Part shown: positions 39,171 to 49,461 of the stretch, in pieces | Layout: every line of letters starts with the position of its first letter | Position numbering within the stretch: the stretch's first letter is position 1 | Assembly: GCA_019057865.1 (NCBI GenBank) | Contig: JAHLWP010000009.1 | Location: forward strand, 68,046-132,045 | Length of the DNA stretch: 64,000 bases | DNA from: Promethearchaeota archaeon | Lineage (GTDB): Archaea > Asgardarchaeota > Lokiarchaeia > Sigyniarchaeales > SOKP01 | Direction of reading: 5' to 3' | The notes under the pieces: model-generated | Databases searched by the model: none | What the model was told of the DNA's origin: nothing | The model's input: only the letters and a program-made list of their open reading frames with translations | Program-made: the position numbers and the translations under genes

Positions 39171-39641
39171 TTGGTAGATAGAGAAAAATTAACTGCATTT
39201 GATACAAGAAAATATCCTGTACGACCCCATGTTGGTGTTGGGATCCTTCTTGTTCGGGATAAAAACTTATTATTAGTTAAGAGAAAATTTGATCCAGATG
39301 TAGGGTATTGGTCAATTCCAGGTGGTCATTTAGATCTTGGTGAAAAAGTACGGTCTGCTGCTGAAAGAGAAGGATTCGAAGAAACAGGCTTTAACGTGAA
39401 AGTAACGAAATTAGCAGGAATAATTGATAAAATTATGTATGATGAGAGAGGAGAAATCGAATATCACTACGTTTTGATAAATTATTTTGTTGAGCAAATT
39501 GAAGGTGACGCCACTCAACCCCCTAAAGCTGCTGATGATGCTTTAGAAGCAAAATTTGTTCCCTTTGAAGAATTAAAAAATTATAAGCTAACAGATTCTT
39601 TGATAGAGCTGTTGAAACAATTAAAGATTGGTTATACTTAA
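39171..39641 (+). CDS. NUDIX hydrolase (ADP-ribose pyrophosphatase-like)
   Basis: PGGHLDLGE...AAEREGFEETG, HYVLI. Confidence 0.92.
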   Translation: MVDREKLTAFDTRKYPVRPHVGVGILLVRDKNLLLVKRKFDPDVGYWSIPGGHLDLGEKVRSAAEREGFEETGFNVKVTKLAGIIDKIMYDERGEIEYHYVLINYFVEQIEGDATQPPKAADDALEAKFVPFEELKNYKLTDSLIELLKQLKIGYT

Positions 39642-39729
39642 ACAAATCTTTTCTAAATTTGAAGAATTTTGATAAATTCTAATTGTTACAAGAAAAAAAA
39701 AAAAATTAAATTATAATTTTTGAACTAGA

Positions 39730-42700
39730 TTATTTTTTGATTCTTTTTCTAACTAGCAGCATAGAAACGACACAAATTAAACCGATTATGAAGTATAGGT
39801 TGTATCCTGGAATTGTTGTCTCCTTTTTCTTTGATGGACTTTTTATTTCAAAAAAGTCACTGAAATCATTGATAAGGGAATTAGAAACGTCTGTAATTTT
39901 TATTTGATATTGTGTTGAATCATCTAAATCTGAGGGAATAGACCAGGAAAATACACCGTCGTTGCTTGTACTAGAAATAATTTCCCTTTCAAATACACCA
40001 CCCATATAGAGTTCAATCTTTACATCCGAAATAGTGCCTGTTGAGTTCCAATAGATATTATTAGAAGACCCTTTTTCCCACGAACTAGAATTCTGAGGTG
40101 TTTTAACCGTGAGAGAATCAGGTAAAGTAAATTTAATTGAAAAGTCGTTAGTTGAAGCATCTAATCCTTGATAATAATTATAATATCTTGTATCTAGTCC
40201 AAAATTTAATCCACAAGTATATTAGTCTGCCACATAGTTAATATCATCATAGTTAAAGAGGATGTCTCCATTATCATACAAAATTACCTCAAAACTGCCA
40301 ACATTAGGGCCATTATCATGATCAACGTACTCCCACGCAGCAACCCAATAGTGGTCAAATGATTTTATGTCAACAAAACTGGTATCTAGATCGTCCCAGA
40401 ATGGCGCAATCATATATGAAAATTCGAGATATGGCGAGGGAAATGAATATTCCCAATACTCATCAGGTGTTGTATCTACAAAACTAAGATATCCATTTTC
40501 GCTTACATATATAGTTGAAAAGGTTTGATTGTAAAATTGAAAATCAAAAGGTAAGGATAATTCCTCATATCCATCATTACCTACCCAGACTGATGTTCCG
40601 TCAGAAGCATCCACCCAAAAATACGGAACACCTAGGATCATTGTATAATTCATCCATATTGTTATTAGTTCAGTTGCGCTGTCATTTAATGTTATTGGGT
40701 CTCCGGATACACTTGGAGTATAGGCAGTAAAATTATGTTTACCATAATCCACGGGGGTCCATATGTAATTTATGGTCTCACTGGTTCCAACGAGAAGTGT
40801 TGAAATAGTAGTAAAATCTACAAGTGCATCATTAAGATAAAGAAATAGATCGACATCAGTCTCATCATTTAGTCCAGCATTGAAGATAGTTGCATTGACA
40901 GTATATGTAGAATAAAGCTCAGGATTGGTTGGAACTTCTAATTGAACACCTAAATCATGTTCAATAATGGGATAAGAAATATTTGCCATTCCTTCACCAG
41001 AAATTGCTTTTGCGATTAAATAATATTTACCTGTGCTTGCAACAGTATATATTATAACTTCCTGCGTTCCCAAACCAGATTGTGTGCTTGAAGCAACCAT
41101 ATCAGGTTCTCCTATAGAAGAAGGATCATTTGAGTATAAATGTAAATCGAAATCAGCTCCGTTTGGAACATCTAAAGTGAAAATATACTTTTGGCCATTA
41201 ATAAGATTAACATAACACCCTAAGCCGTGTTTATTGAATGGATTAATAGCACTGCTAGTTAACCAAGCACTTGTTGAAGAACCTAAAGTTAATTTCTGAG
41301 TATACGCTTCTATTGCAACATCCACATTAAGTCTTCCATAACCTTCGTGTCTATCCCTACCACCACGATTAAGTTCCGGTGAATATGAGCCACTATATTG
41401 TTCCCTTATTAACGGATAGGTTTCTGTAGCAGACATTAATAACAATGCTTTAACTCTTTTCGCTTCAGTAGCAGTATAATTCCAATTTTCATGGCCACCC
41501 ATAGCTTCAATTAGTAGATTTGAAGCCCCTGCAACGGCAGGTGCGGACATTGAAGTTCCTTGTGCACCTTGCATATCATTTGCATATATATCTGTAGGAT
41601 AAGCAATGGCAGGGATAGGAAAGGGGACAGGGAAGGCATCATTATCATTCGTATCTGTAGAAAACATCTGCAAATGATTAAAACTTCCTCCAGGAGCAGT
41701 AATATCAGGTTTAGAAGAACCACCTTGGCTGCTATAGTCAGTTATTTGATCATTTATATTCATTGCTGCAACTGTTATTACATTATCAGCATCTCCCGGA
41801 GAACCGATATAATTTCCTCCAGGACCACTGTTTCCTGCGGATACTACTGTAACAATTCCGTTATCGACAGCATTATTTACAGCATCAATCAAAGCGACAT
41901 CACTGGATTCACTTCCAAGACTCAAAGACATAGTAGTAATATTATAGGTTTCCTTGTTAATTATCACCCAATTTATTCCAGCTATTATATCTGAAACATC
42001 TCCTAAACCATATTGGTTCATTACCTTTACTCCAACTAGATGGGCATCAGAGGCCACTCCTTTCCATGGATCTCCACCACCAAACTGAGGTGGATCAAAA
42101 GGCCAATGAATCTCAGTCCTGAATGTTACATTAAAATCACTAACATCATAATCACCTGTATGATCTATGAGATCCATAACAAATCTAAAAGAGTACATTC
42201 CAAGTGAACTACCTGTTGCATTATATGAAAGTGTATGAGACCATGAATCGGAAGTTCCAATGTATGAGTCTACAATTGTATTTTCATAGTAGAGATAAAC
42301 CGAAAAATCAACATCATCAAGACCTGGTGTAGAATCATCAAACTCACAGAAAAGATCTATTGAACCAGGATCAGTAACATTAAATCTTGTCCAATTAGCT
42401 ATAAGTGTTTGTTCCGGAACATTATAGCCAGTATAATCAAATGGATACGCCGTTGTGGCAACAGTACGCCCATTCCCATCGTAATTGGGGCTTCCCTCTC
42501 CTGATGCAATTCCTGAACAATGAGAGCCGTGACCATTGTCATCATAAGGGGAAGTTAAACCATTAACCTCATCTCTCCACCCTACTATTTTGTAATTAAA
42601 ATCACCAGCTGAATATCCTGGACTGAAAAAATTATGAGAATCATCTATTCCAGTATCAATTATTGCAATTGAACTATATTCATCTCCATCGTATGAAAGT

Positions 42701-43335
42701 GTGTTCCAGACATAGGGCCTTAGATTCATATTTCTTCCAGCATAATACAAGTGTGCCTGATATATTCTATCCTCCTCAACTAAAAAGGGAATGCTTTTAT
42801 GCCTTAACTGATTGCAAAATTCAAATAAAGCATCATAACTAATACTCCCCGCAAAACCGTTTATAGCTGCCTTATAAGTTGATTTTATTTCTCCTCCTAA
42901 TTCTTCAAAAAGAAGCTTGTAAAAATCAAAATCTCCTCCAGGAAAAGCAACAATTATAGGTATATTGTCAATCGTGATTTTTTCTGTTTCTCGAGCTGTC
43001 ATTCCAAGGATATCATCAACTATATTATTCTTATTAATATTTCCACCATCACGTTCAATACTTTTGAATTCAGATAATTGTTTTAGCCTAACTTCAAATT
43101 TATCATCAATCCCATTTTGATTTTGATCAACTTTTGAAATTTGCTCTTTCCATTTAGTAAGTGAGTTAGAATCAAATTTCAATCTGTTTAGATTAAATTC
43201 TTGTAAATTAGATTCTCCTCCCTCTGTTCCTAGTGAATTCATTATACTTGCTGTGGTAGGATAGAAGATTAGTATGTACATTAAAATAAAGAATAAAATT
43301 GGTTTGTTTAGCTTATTTAGCTTTAAATTATACAT
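39730..43335 (-). CDS. Secreted S8 serine protease with Ig-like domains and Loki-CTERM-type anchor; interrupted by one in-frame TAA at 40222-40224
   Basis: Signal peptide and triad IIDTG/GHGSHC/GTSMS. The frame continues past the TAA (YTCGLNFG...) into the 39730-40005 ORF, which ends IPGY-TM-RKRIKK. Confidence 0.88.
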
Positions 43336-43593
43336 GTTATTTTTCGCCTTTTTTTGTAAATTAAAAAAGATATATTGAAATTAGAATTACTTTCATTGTA
43401 TTTATACTTTTATGTAGAGTAAATGAAAATATGAATTAAAGAAATGTAGATTAACTAAATCTTTAATCGAACTACTTAAGCAATTAAAAATTGAATATGA
43501 TTAAAAAAGTCAATTGTTTTCATTATCAATTGTCTAGTTTTCGACTACATCGAAATTTAATTATTTCAATTAAAAAGAAAAGAGGTAAAAATT

Positions 43594-43914
43594 ATGCCTT
43601 ATATTTTTGTTACTACCTGGTATCCTAGCCATAAGGTAACTGAGGTTGTTAAAGTATATCTTGAAATGTTAAAAAAATTTCCTGCCGATGAATCTTTAGT
43701 AGAAACAATTATAACTGCTGCTGTAAATACAGGATGCGAAGGTATAAAATCCCTCGCTGTTACCAAGGTTAAAGAAGGCAAACTTGAAGAAGTTCTAACC
43801 CGTACCGGTACTCAAATGGCGATGTTCCATGGTGTTGAAGGATTTGAATATTCAACTGAGGTTTGGTCAACAATAGAAGAAGCTATGGCAATGATAGGAA
43901 AAAGTATGCCCTAG
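43594..43914 (+). CDS. Small hypothetical protein, possibly ferredoxin-like alpha/beta
   Basis: SD GAGG and ATG; 106 aa. Confidence 0.75.
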   Translation: MPYIFVTTWYPSHKVTEVVKVYLEMLKKFPADESLVETIITAAVNTGCEGIKSLAVTKVKEGKLEEVLTRTGTQMAMFHGVEGFEYSTEVWSTIEEAMAMIGKSMP

Positions 43915-44184
43915 CCGGTGAAACACTAAAATAATATTTGAAATTTTTTTTTTTTTAATTCGAAGCTTTATACGGTGATGTGATCTCACGTTTATTGGAT
44001 TTCTTAACACGAGATACTTAACGTCATTAAAATCGGATTTTGATTCCTTCAATTCCTTGCGGAGCTCTCTAATCGCTGCCCTGAAAGCTGTATAGATTTT
44101 TGGAATGAAAATTTGTTTGGGAACAAAAAATAAGCAATAATTGATTATATTTTATTACTTATTTTTAAGACATCGAATCTTATA

Positions 44185-45111
44185 TTGATTATGGGACTAT
44201 TTACTGTGAAAAATATAATAAGTTTTGTTTCCATGGCTCCATCATTTTTACAGTCAATAGTAAGAAATGTTCCGTTTTATGTGAATTATGATTTAACTTG
44301 GCAATGTAACTTAAAATGTAAGCATTGTTATTTTTTCTCATCAACAACGGAATTAAAAAATAAAAGAACGGAATTATCGGACGAAGAATGGATTAAGGTT
44401 TTTAAATACCATAGAAATTTAGGAACAAAAATAGCTGTTTTAACCGGTGGAGAACCTACTTTAAGAATGGATGTTATAAAAGAAGCGATTAAAATTTTTC
44501 CCTCAGTTCAGGTTGTATCAAATGGAATTATAAAACTACCTCGATTTAATGGATATAAACAACCGAAATACTGGGTAAGTATAGATGGTACCAAGGAAAC
44601 TCATGATAAGATAAGAGGTGCAAGGGTTTTTGATAAAGTTATACAAAATATTCGGGAGAACAATCCGGTCGTTGCATCAACCATCATGACATTAAATTAT
44701 AAGGAAATTGAAGATATTGTTAAGATTGCTCACGATAATGGTGCTTCTGGCTTAGTCTTTCTATTATATACCGACTATCCTGACAGCCCACTTTTATTAA
44801 AAGGTAATATATTAAAAAAGACAATAAAAGACATTTTAAAAGTAATGCGTGAATATGGAAATTTTATTTTTTATTCCAAAAAAATGTTAGAAGTATACCT
44901 GTCAAAAGAATTTGTGCCACATTGCATATTTAAAACTGGTCAAGTAAAAAGTTTCTATCCTGATGGAAAACAAAAGTTTTGTGTCATGGGAAATTCACCA
45001 CTTTTATGTGACAATTGTGGATGTGTCGTGCCAATTGCTGCTTATGCCTTATTTAGGAAATTTGATTCCGGTACAGTTGATAAAGCAAGAAAATTGTTTA
45101 ATTTCATGTAA
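44185..45111 (+). CDS. Radical SAM protein with C-terminal Cys cluster
   Basis: CNLKCKHC, TGGEP, SIDG...HDKIRG, and C-terminal C...FC...CDNCGC. Confidence 0.92.
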   Translation: MIMGLFTVKNIISFVSMAPSFLQSIVRNVPFYVNYDLTWQCNLKCKHCYFFSSTTELKNKRTELSDEEWIKVFKYHRNLGTKIAVLTGGEPTLRMDVIKEAIKIFPSVQVVSNGIIKLPRFNGYKQPKYWVSIDGTKETHDKIRGARVFDKVIQNIRENNPVVASTIMTLNYKEIEDIVKIAHDNGASGLVFLLYTDYPDSPLLLKGNILKKTIKDILKVMREYGNFIFYSKKMLEVYLSKEFVPHCIFKTGQVKSFYPDGKQKFCVMGNSPLLCDNCGCVVPIAAYALFRKFDSGTVDKARKLFNFM

Positions 45112-45174
45112 TTTTTGCTATTTTGCAAAATCATTTTTTATTTATTATCATTCCTATTCACTTACTCTTACGGA

Positions 45175-45327
45175 GTAAAAGGCATTTCAAAAGATGAGAT
45201 CACGATTCCTGAAGCATTAAAAAAAGTGGGCTATGCAACGGGAATGCTTGGAAAATGGCACTTGGGAGATAAAAGCCCTCATTTACCTAATGATAAGGGA
45301 TTTGATTTTTTCTACGGTGCCTTCTAC
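45175..45327 (+). pseudogene. Internal arylsulfatase fragment
   Basis: GISKDEITIPEALKKVGYATGMLGKWHLG...PNDKGFDFFYG; the CxPxR N-terminal motif is absent. Confidence 0.8.
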
Positions 45328-45721
45328 ATCAATAAGCCATTGGTAAGCATTTATTGCATCATCTAAATGCAGCTGGAAATTGATATTCAGGTGCTAGCCG
45401 ATAGTCAATAATTAATACTCGAGCATTTGAAACCCTGGATATGTATACAGCATGGTATTGGGCTGTTCGAATTGAACCTGCTATGTATGCACCACCATGT
45501 AAAAATAAGATAGTTCGTTGATTTTCTATATCTGGCTGAGTAAATAAAGCAGCATTTACAACATTTACATCTACAAAATCAGATTTTACATCCTTCGGAA
45601 GTTCTAATCCCGAACTCATTTGTTCTAACCTTCTTCTATGTTCATTTACCTTTCTTTTGATAGTAATGTTTCTAGTATTTAATAATGCTTTGATTACATT
45701 TTCCATTTGTTTACTGACCAT
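45320..45721 (-). pseudogene. Alpha/beta hydrolase (HSL family), frameshifted and truncated
   Basis: LHGGAY, DYRLAPEYQFPAA; an extra T, then LDDAINAYQWLIDVEG in the shifted frame; no GDSAG. Confidence 0.85.
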
Positions 45722-45871
45722 TTTTATTCCCTAATTCCTATGTTCTCTGAATTCTTTCAGAAAAATATTTCTAAATTAAGATTTTAGTTATTTTTTATTA
45801 AACAAAAGAATTTAATTTTTCTATTATTATTATGTTATAGATAGGTATTATTACAAAAGAAGGTCTAAAAT

Positions 45872-47188
45872 TTGTCCACATTAATGAAAGATGCTAGAAA
45901 TGGCAAGATAACTAAAGAGATGGAAATTGTTGCTAAAAATGAACAAGTGGATCTAGAATTCATAAGACGCGGAATCGAAAAAGGGAGAATTATTATTCCT
46001 AAATCGAATAGAAGAGAATTGAAATCTCCTATTGGTATAGGTAAGGGATTATTAGTAAAAATAAATGCGAATATTGGTTCATCTAAAACTGTTTGTAATA
46101 TTGATATGGAGCTAGAAAAAGCTAAAATTGCTGTTCAATTTGGCGCAGATACGGTAATGGATCTAAGTTCTGGAGTGACTGAACAGGATATCAAAAGTAT
46201 AAGGAGGAAAATCTTAAGTGAAATTAATGTACCATTGGGAACTGTCCCAATATATCAAACAGCAGTGAGATCAATAGAGAAAAAAGGAGCTATTATCCAT
46301 ATGGATGAGGATGATATGTTTAATGTTGTAGAAGAACAAGCAAAGGAGGGAGTAGATTTTTTTACTATACATGTTGGAGTGACAAAAGAAATTGTTAATT
46401 ATTTAGTAGATCATCCCCGATTGATGGGTGTAGTTTCCAGAGGTGGAACATTCTTAGCATCTTGGATATTAGAAAATGATAAGGAAAATCCATATAATAG
46501 AAGATATGATTATTTACTAGAAATGGCAAAAGAATATGACTTTACTTTGTCTTTAGGTGATGGTATGAGACCAGGGGGAATCTTTGATTCAACTGATTAT
46601 GTTCAAATCCAGGAATTACTTGAAATTTCTAAATTAGTAAAGAGAGCATGGCAAAAAAATATACAAGTTATGGTTGAAGGACCTGGTCATATCCCGGCAA
46701 ATGAAATAGAGAGGAATATCAAAATGCAAAAATCTTTGTGCGATGAAGCCCCATTCTATGTTTTAGGACCTTTAGTAACTGATATTGCTCCCGGTTATGA
46801 TGATATTGTTAGTGCAATAGGGGGTACTATTGCTGGTTTAGCAGGTGCTGACTATTTATGCTATGTCACTCCAAGTGAGCATTTAGGACTCCCTACTAAA
46901 GAAGAAGTTAAAAGAGGAGTAATAGCTTCAAAAATAGCCGCACATGCAGTAAATATTGCTAAATATGGAACAAGAGCTTCTAATTGGGATTATCATATGG
47001 ACATTGCTCGTAAAAATCTTAATTGGGAAGAGATGATAAATTTATCTATTGATCCTGAATTAGCGAGAAAAATTCATTACAGAAATGGTGCTGCGAAAAT
47101 TGATGATGTTTGTAGTATGTGTGGAGAATTATGTGCCATTAAACTATTAAGAGATGCTTTAGAAAGCAAAAAGAAATCTAAGAAATAA
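45872..47188 (+). CDS. thiC: Phosphomethylpyrimidine synthase
   Basis: KINANIG, SRGG, EGPGH, TPSEHLGLP, CSMCGELC. Confidence 0.97.
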   Translation: MSTLMKDARNGKITKEMEIVAKNEQVDLEFIRRGIEKGRIIIPKSNRRELKSPIGIGKGLLVKINANIGSSKTVCNIDMELEKAKIAVQFGADTVMDLSSGVTEQDIKSIRRKILSEINVPLGTVPIYQTAVRSIEKKGAIIHMDEDDMFNVVEEQAKEGVDFFTIHVGVTKEIVNYLVDHPRLMGVVSRGGTFLASWILENDKENPYNRRYDYLLEMAKEYDFTLSLGDGMRPGGIFDSTDYVQIQELLEISKLVKRAWQKNIQVMVEGPGHIPANEIERNIKMQKSLCDEAPFYVLGPLVTDIAPGYDDIVSAIGGTIAGLAGADYLCYVTPSEHLGLPTKEEVKRGVIASKIAAHAVNIAKYGTRASNWDYHMDIARKNLNWEEMINLSIDPELARKIHYRNGAAKIDDVCSMCGELCAIKLLRDALESKKKSKK

Positions 47189-47190
47189 GT

Positions 47191-48600
47191 TTAGTCTTTT
47201 TCAATAATAAGGCTAATAATTTTTTTAAGTTTAATTAACATATCATTTGAATCTTTCCCGAATAGTCTTATCATTGGTTCTTTCCCAATAGATCCTTTAT
47301 CCCATATAATATCAGGAAATTTTCCAGTATTACTAACACTTTCTTTTATTAACCATTGCATAGTAGAGAGTTCCTTTTTCTTAATTTCCTCTTGTTGTGT
47401 TTCTCTTTTGAATTCAATTAATTCTAAATCAGTATTTTCTTGAATTAATTTTATCAAATTAGGATTGTATTTCAAATTCATTACAAAATTAATAGACTTA
47501 TCAAATTCCTTAGCTGCTAGAATTAATCTCGCAGTGTGATCAGATACCCCAAATTTGATTTCACCGGACGCTTTAGGAAAGCCATCTACAACCGTTATTC
47601 TCCCTTCAATTCCTGCTATATCTTCTTTTTTTGTAGGATTAGGAATTGAACCAGATATATTCATCCTCACTTCAGGTATGAGTTGACTAAATTCTTTGAA
47701 TTGAGTAATATAGTTATAGATTTCTTTTATCTGATTTATAACAATTAACTTATTATCTGATAATGATAAATCGATAACTATCCCTTTATCAGGCAATTTT
47801 ATAAAAGTCTGAAATATATAATCGAAAAAATCTTCTGCCATAGCAATTGCTTTCTCTATTGAGTTACCTTTAGCTAAAAAAGCAGTAATTGCCGAGGAAA
47901 ATATACAACCTGTTCCATGCACATTTCCATCAAGTGGAATCTTTACTTTTCTAAATAATAGAAATTCATGGGTAAGCTGATTATTTACTTTTTTTCCAAT
48001 GCACACAAGATCGAAGATTTCTTCATCCGTGGTAACAGCACCTTTAATAACTACTGCTTTTTCTTCATATTCTGAATTCCCGTTTAAAAATAATTTATTT
48101 AATAAAATTTCCGCTGCATCCTTAATCTCATCTAAATTCTCAATAGTTACATTATTAAGATCTTTATTTGAATAGAAAGCTGCTTCAGATATATTAGGAG
48201 TGATTATGGTTACTAGTGGAAATAAACACCTTTCAATTTCTAATTCTAATCCCTCACTGGAGAGCCTCTCTCCCGCGCTGGCGACAGACACGGGATCTAA
48301 GATTACGGTTAAGTTAAACTTTTTGATATAATTGCTAATTATATCAATTGTTTTAATGTCCGGAATCATGCCAATTTTAACATACTTAATAGGATACACA
48401 GAAAAAATTGAATCTAATTGTTTATCAAGCTCATCAGATAGAGGCTTATATCCATAAAACTGTGTAGCTGTTTGATATGTAATCGCAGTAATTGCTGAAA
48501 AAGGATAAACACTACACCCATCAAAAGTTCTTATATCTGCTTGAATTCCTGCCCCAGAAGTAGGATCTGCGCCTGCTATTGTTAAACAAAAAGGTTTCAT
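47191..48600 (-). CDS. thiDN: HMP(-P) kinase / thiamine-phosphate synthase fusion
   Basis: GADPTSGAGIQAD and HGTGC; ThiN motifs LIPEVRMNI, FGVSDH, GKEPMI. Confidence 0.93.
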   Translation of the reverse strand: MKPFCLTIAGADPTSGAGIQADIRTFDGCSVYPFSAITAITYQTATQFYGYKPLSDELDKQLDSIFSVYPIKYVKIGMIPDIKTIDIISNYIKKFNLTVILDPVSVASAGERLSSEGLELEIERCLFPLVTIITPNISEAAFYSNKDLNNVTIENLDEIKDAAEILLNKLFLNGNSEYEEKAVVIKGAVTTDEEIFDLVCIGKKVNNQLTHEFLLFRKVKIPLDGNVHGTGCIFSSAITAFLAKGNSIEKAIAMAEDFFDYIFQTFIKLPDKGIVIDLSLSDNKLIVINQIKEIYNYITQFKEFSQLIPEVRMNISGSIPNPTKKEDIAGIEGRITVVDGFPKASGEIKFGVSDHTARLILAAKEFDKSINFVMNLKYNPNLIKLIQENTDLELIEFKRETQQEEIKKKELSTMQWLIKESVSNTGKFPDIIWDKGSIGKEPMIRLFGKDSNDMLIKLKKIISLIIEKD

Positions 48601-48630
48601 AATAAATATAGTATAATAAAAGCAATAAAT

Positions 48631-49215
48631 CTATTTAACTCTATCAAAAGCCCATTTAGCTTTGTCTTCTAAACCAAGTTCTTGATATGATTTACCCAAA
48701 TATAAAAAAGCATCAGGAAAATCATGTCCCGCCTTTCCTGACTTTACTAATTTAAATAAATAATTAATAGCTAAATCATAGCGTCCTGTTATATAGTTTG
48801 TTTTCCCAAGTAAAAAAAGAATTTGATGACTTTTATAATCATTAGCTTTGTTATCATAAGTTGCATTAAGCCGATTTAATGCAGCATCATATTCTTCTTC
48901 TTTAATTAAGTATTCAATAGCTTCTATAAATTTTAAAAAAATCATTTTATCAGCAATTATTTTCATTTTTTGAATAGCTTCTTCTTCTATTTCCTTTTCT
49001 ACAGCCTCTTCTTTTTCTCTTTCTTTTTGTTTTAAATAATCCTTAAATTCATCTATTAATTTCTGAGAATATGGTTCTCTACATAATGGACAATTGCTAG
49101 AATTAATTAGCCATTCTTTTAAACAATCTTCATGAATAGGATGTCCATTAGGGCATTTATAATACGAATCAATGCTTTCATAAATCATCATATGACAAAT
49201 TATACAAGAAGGCAT
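48631..49215 (-). CDS. RING-H2 plus TPR protein (putative E3 ligase)
   Basis: CIIC..CPNGHPIHEDC..W..CPLCR; C-terminal TPRs. Confidence 0.85.
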   Translation of the reverse strand: MPSCIICHMMIYESIDSYYKCPNGHPIHEDCLKEWLINSSNCPLCREPYSQKLIDEFKDYLKQKEREKEEAVEKEIEEEAIQKMKIIADKMIFLKFIEAIEYLIKEEEYDAALNRLNATYDNKANDYKSHQILFLLGKTNYITGRYDLAINYLFKLVKSGKAGHDFPDAFLYLGKSYQELGLEDKAKWAFDRVK

Positions 49216-49461
49216 ATTTAGTCTATAATCGGGTTATTTGAAACCATTCATGAAATGATATAATAAATTATAAAAACTAACTATTTTTAAAAATATGGTT
49301 TTAAATTAATTAACATAAATTTTGGTAAAAATTATTAATTAGATGGGTATTAACAACCAAATAAATATGTTAATCAATTAGAAAATTATAAAAATAATAA
49401 TTATTATTATATTGATACAAAAAATCGATTCTGGTTAGTGACAACAAGGGTGAATATGTGA

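Noticed and set aside
43867-44120. Minus-strand protein-like stretch (IPKIYTAFRAAIRELRKELKESK...)
   Set aside because: No credible start, overlaps the 43594 gene end and no family recognised; possibly a gene remnant but not supportable.
45722-45871. Possible TPP riboswitch upstream of thiC
   Set aside because: AT-rich spacer with no aptamer motifs.
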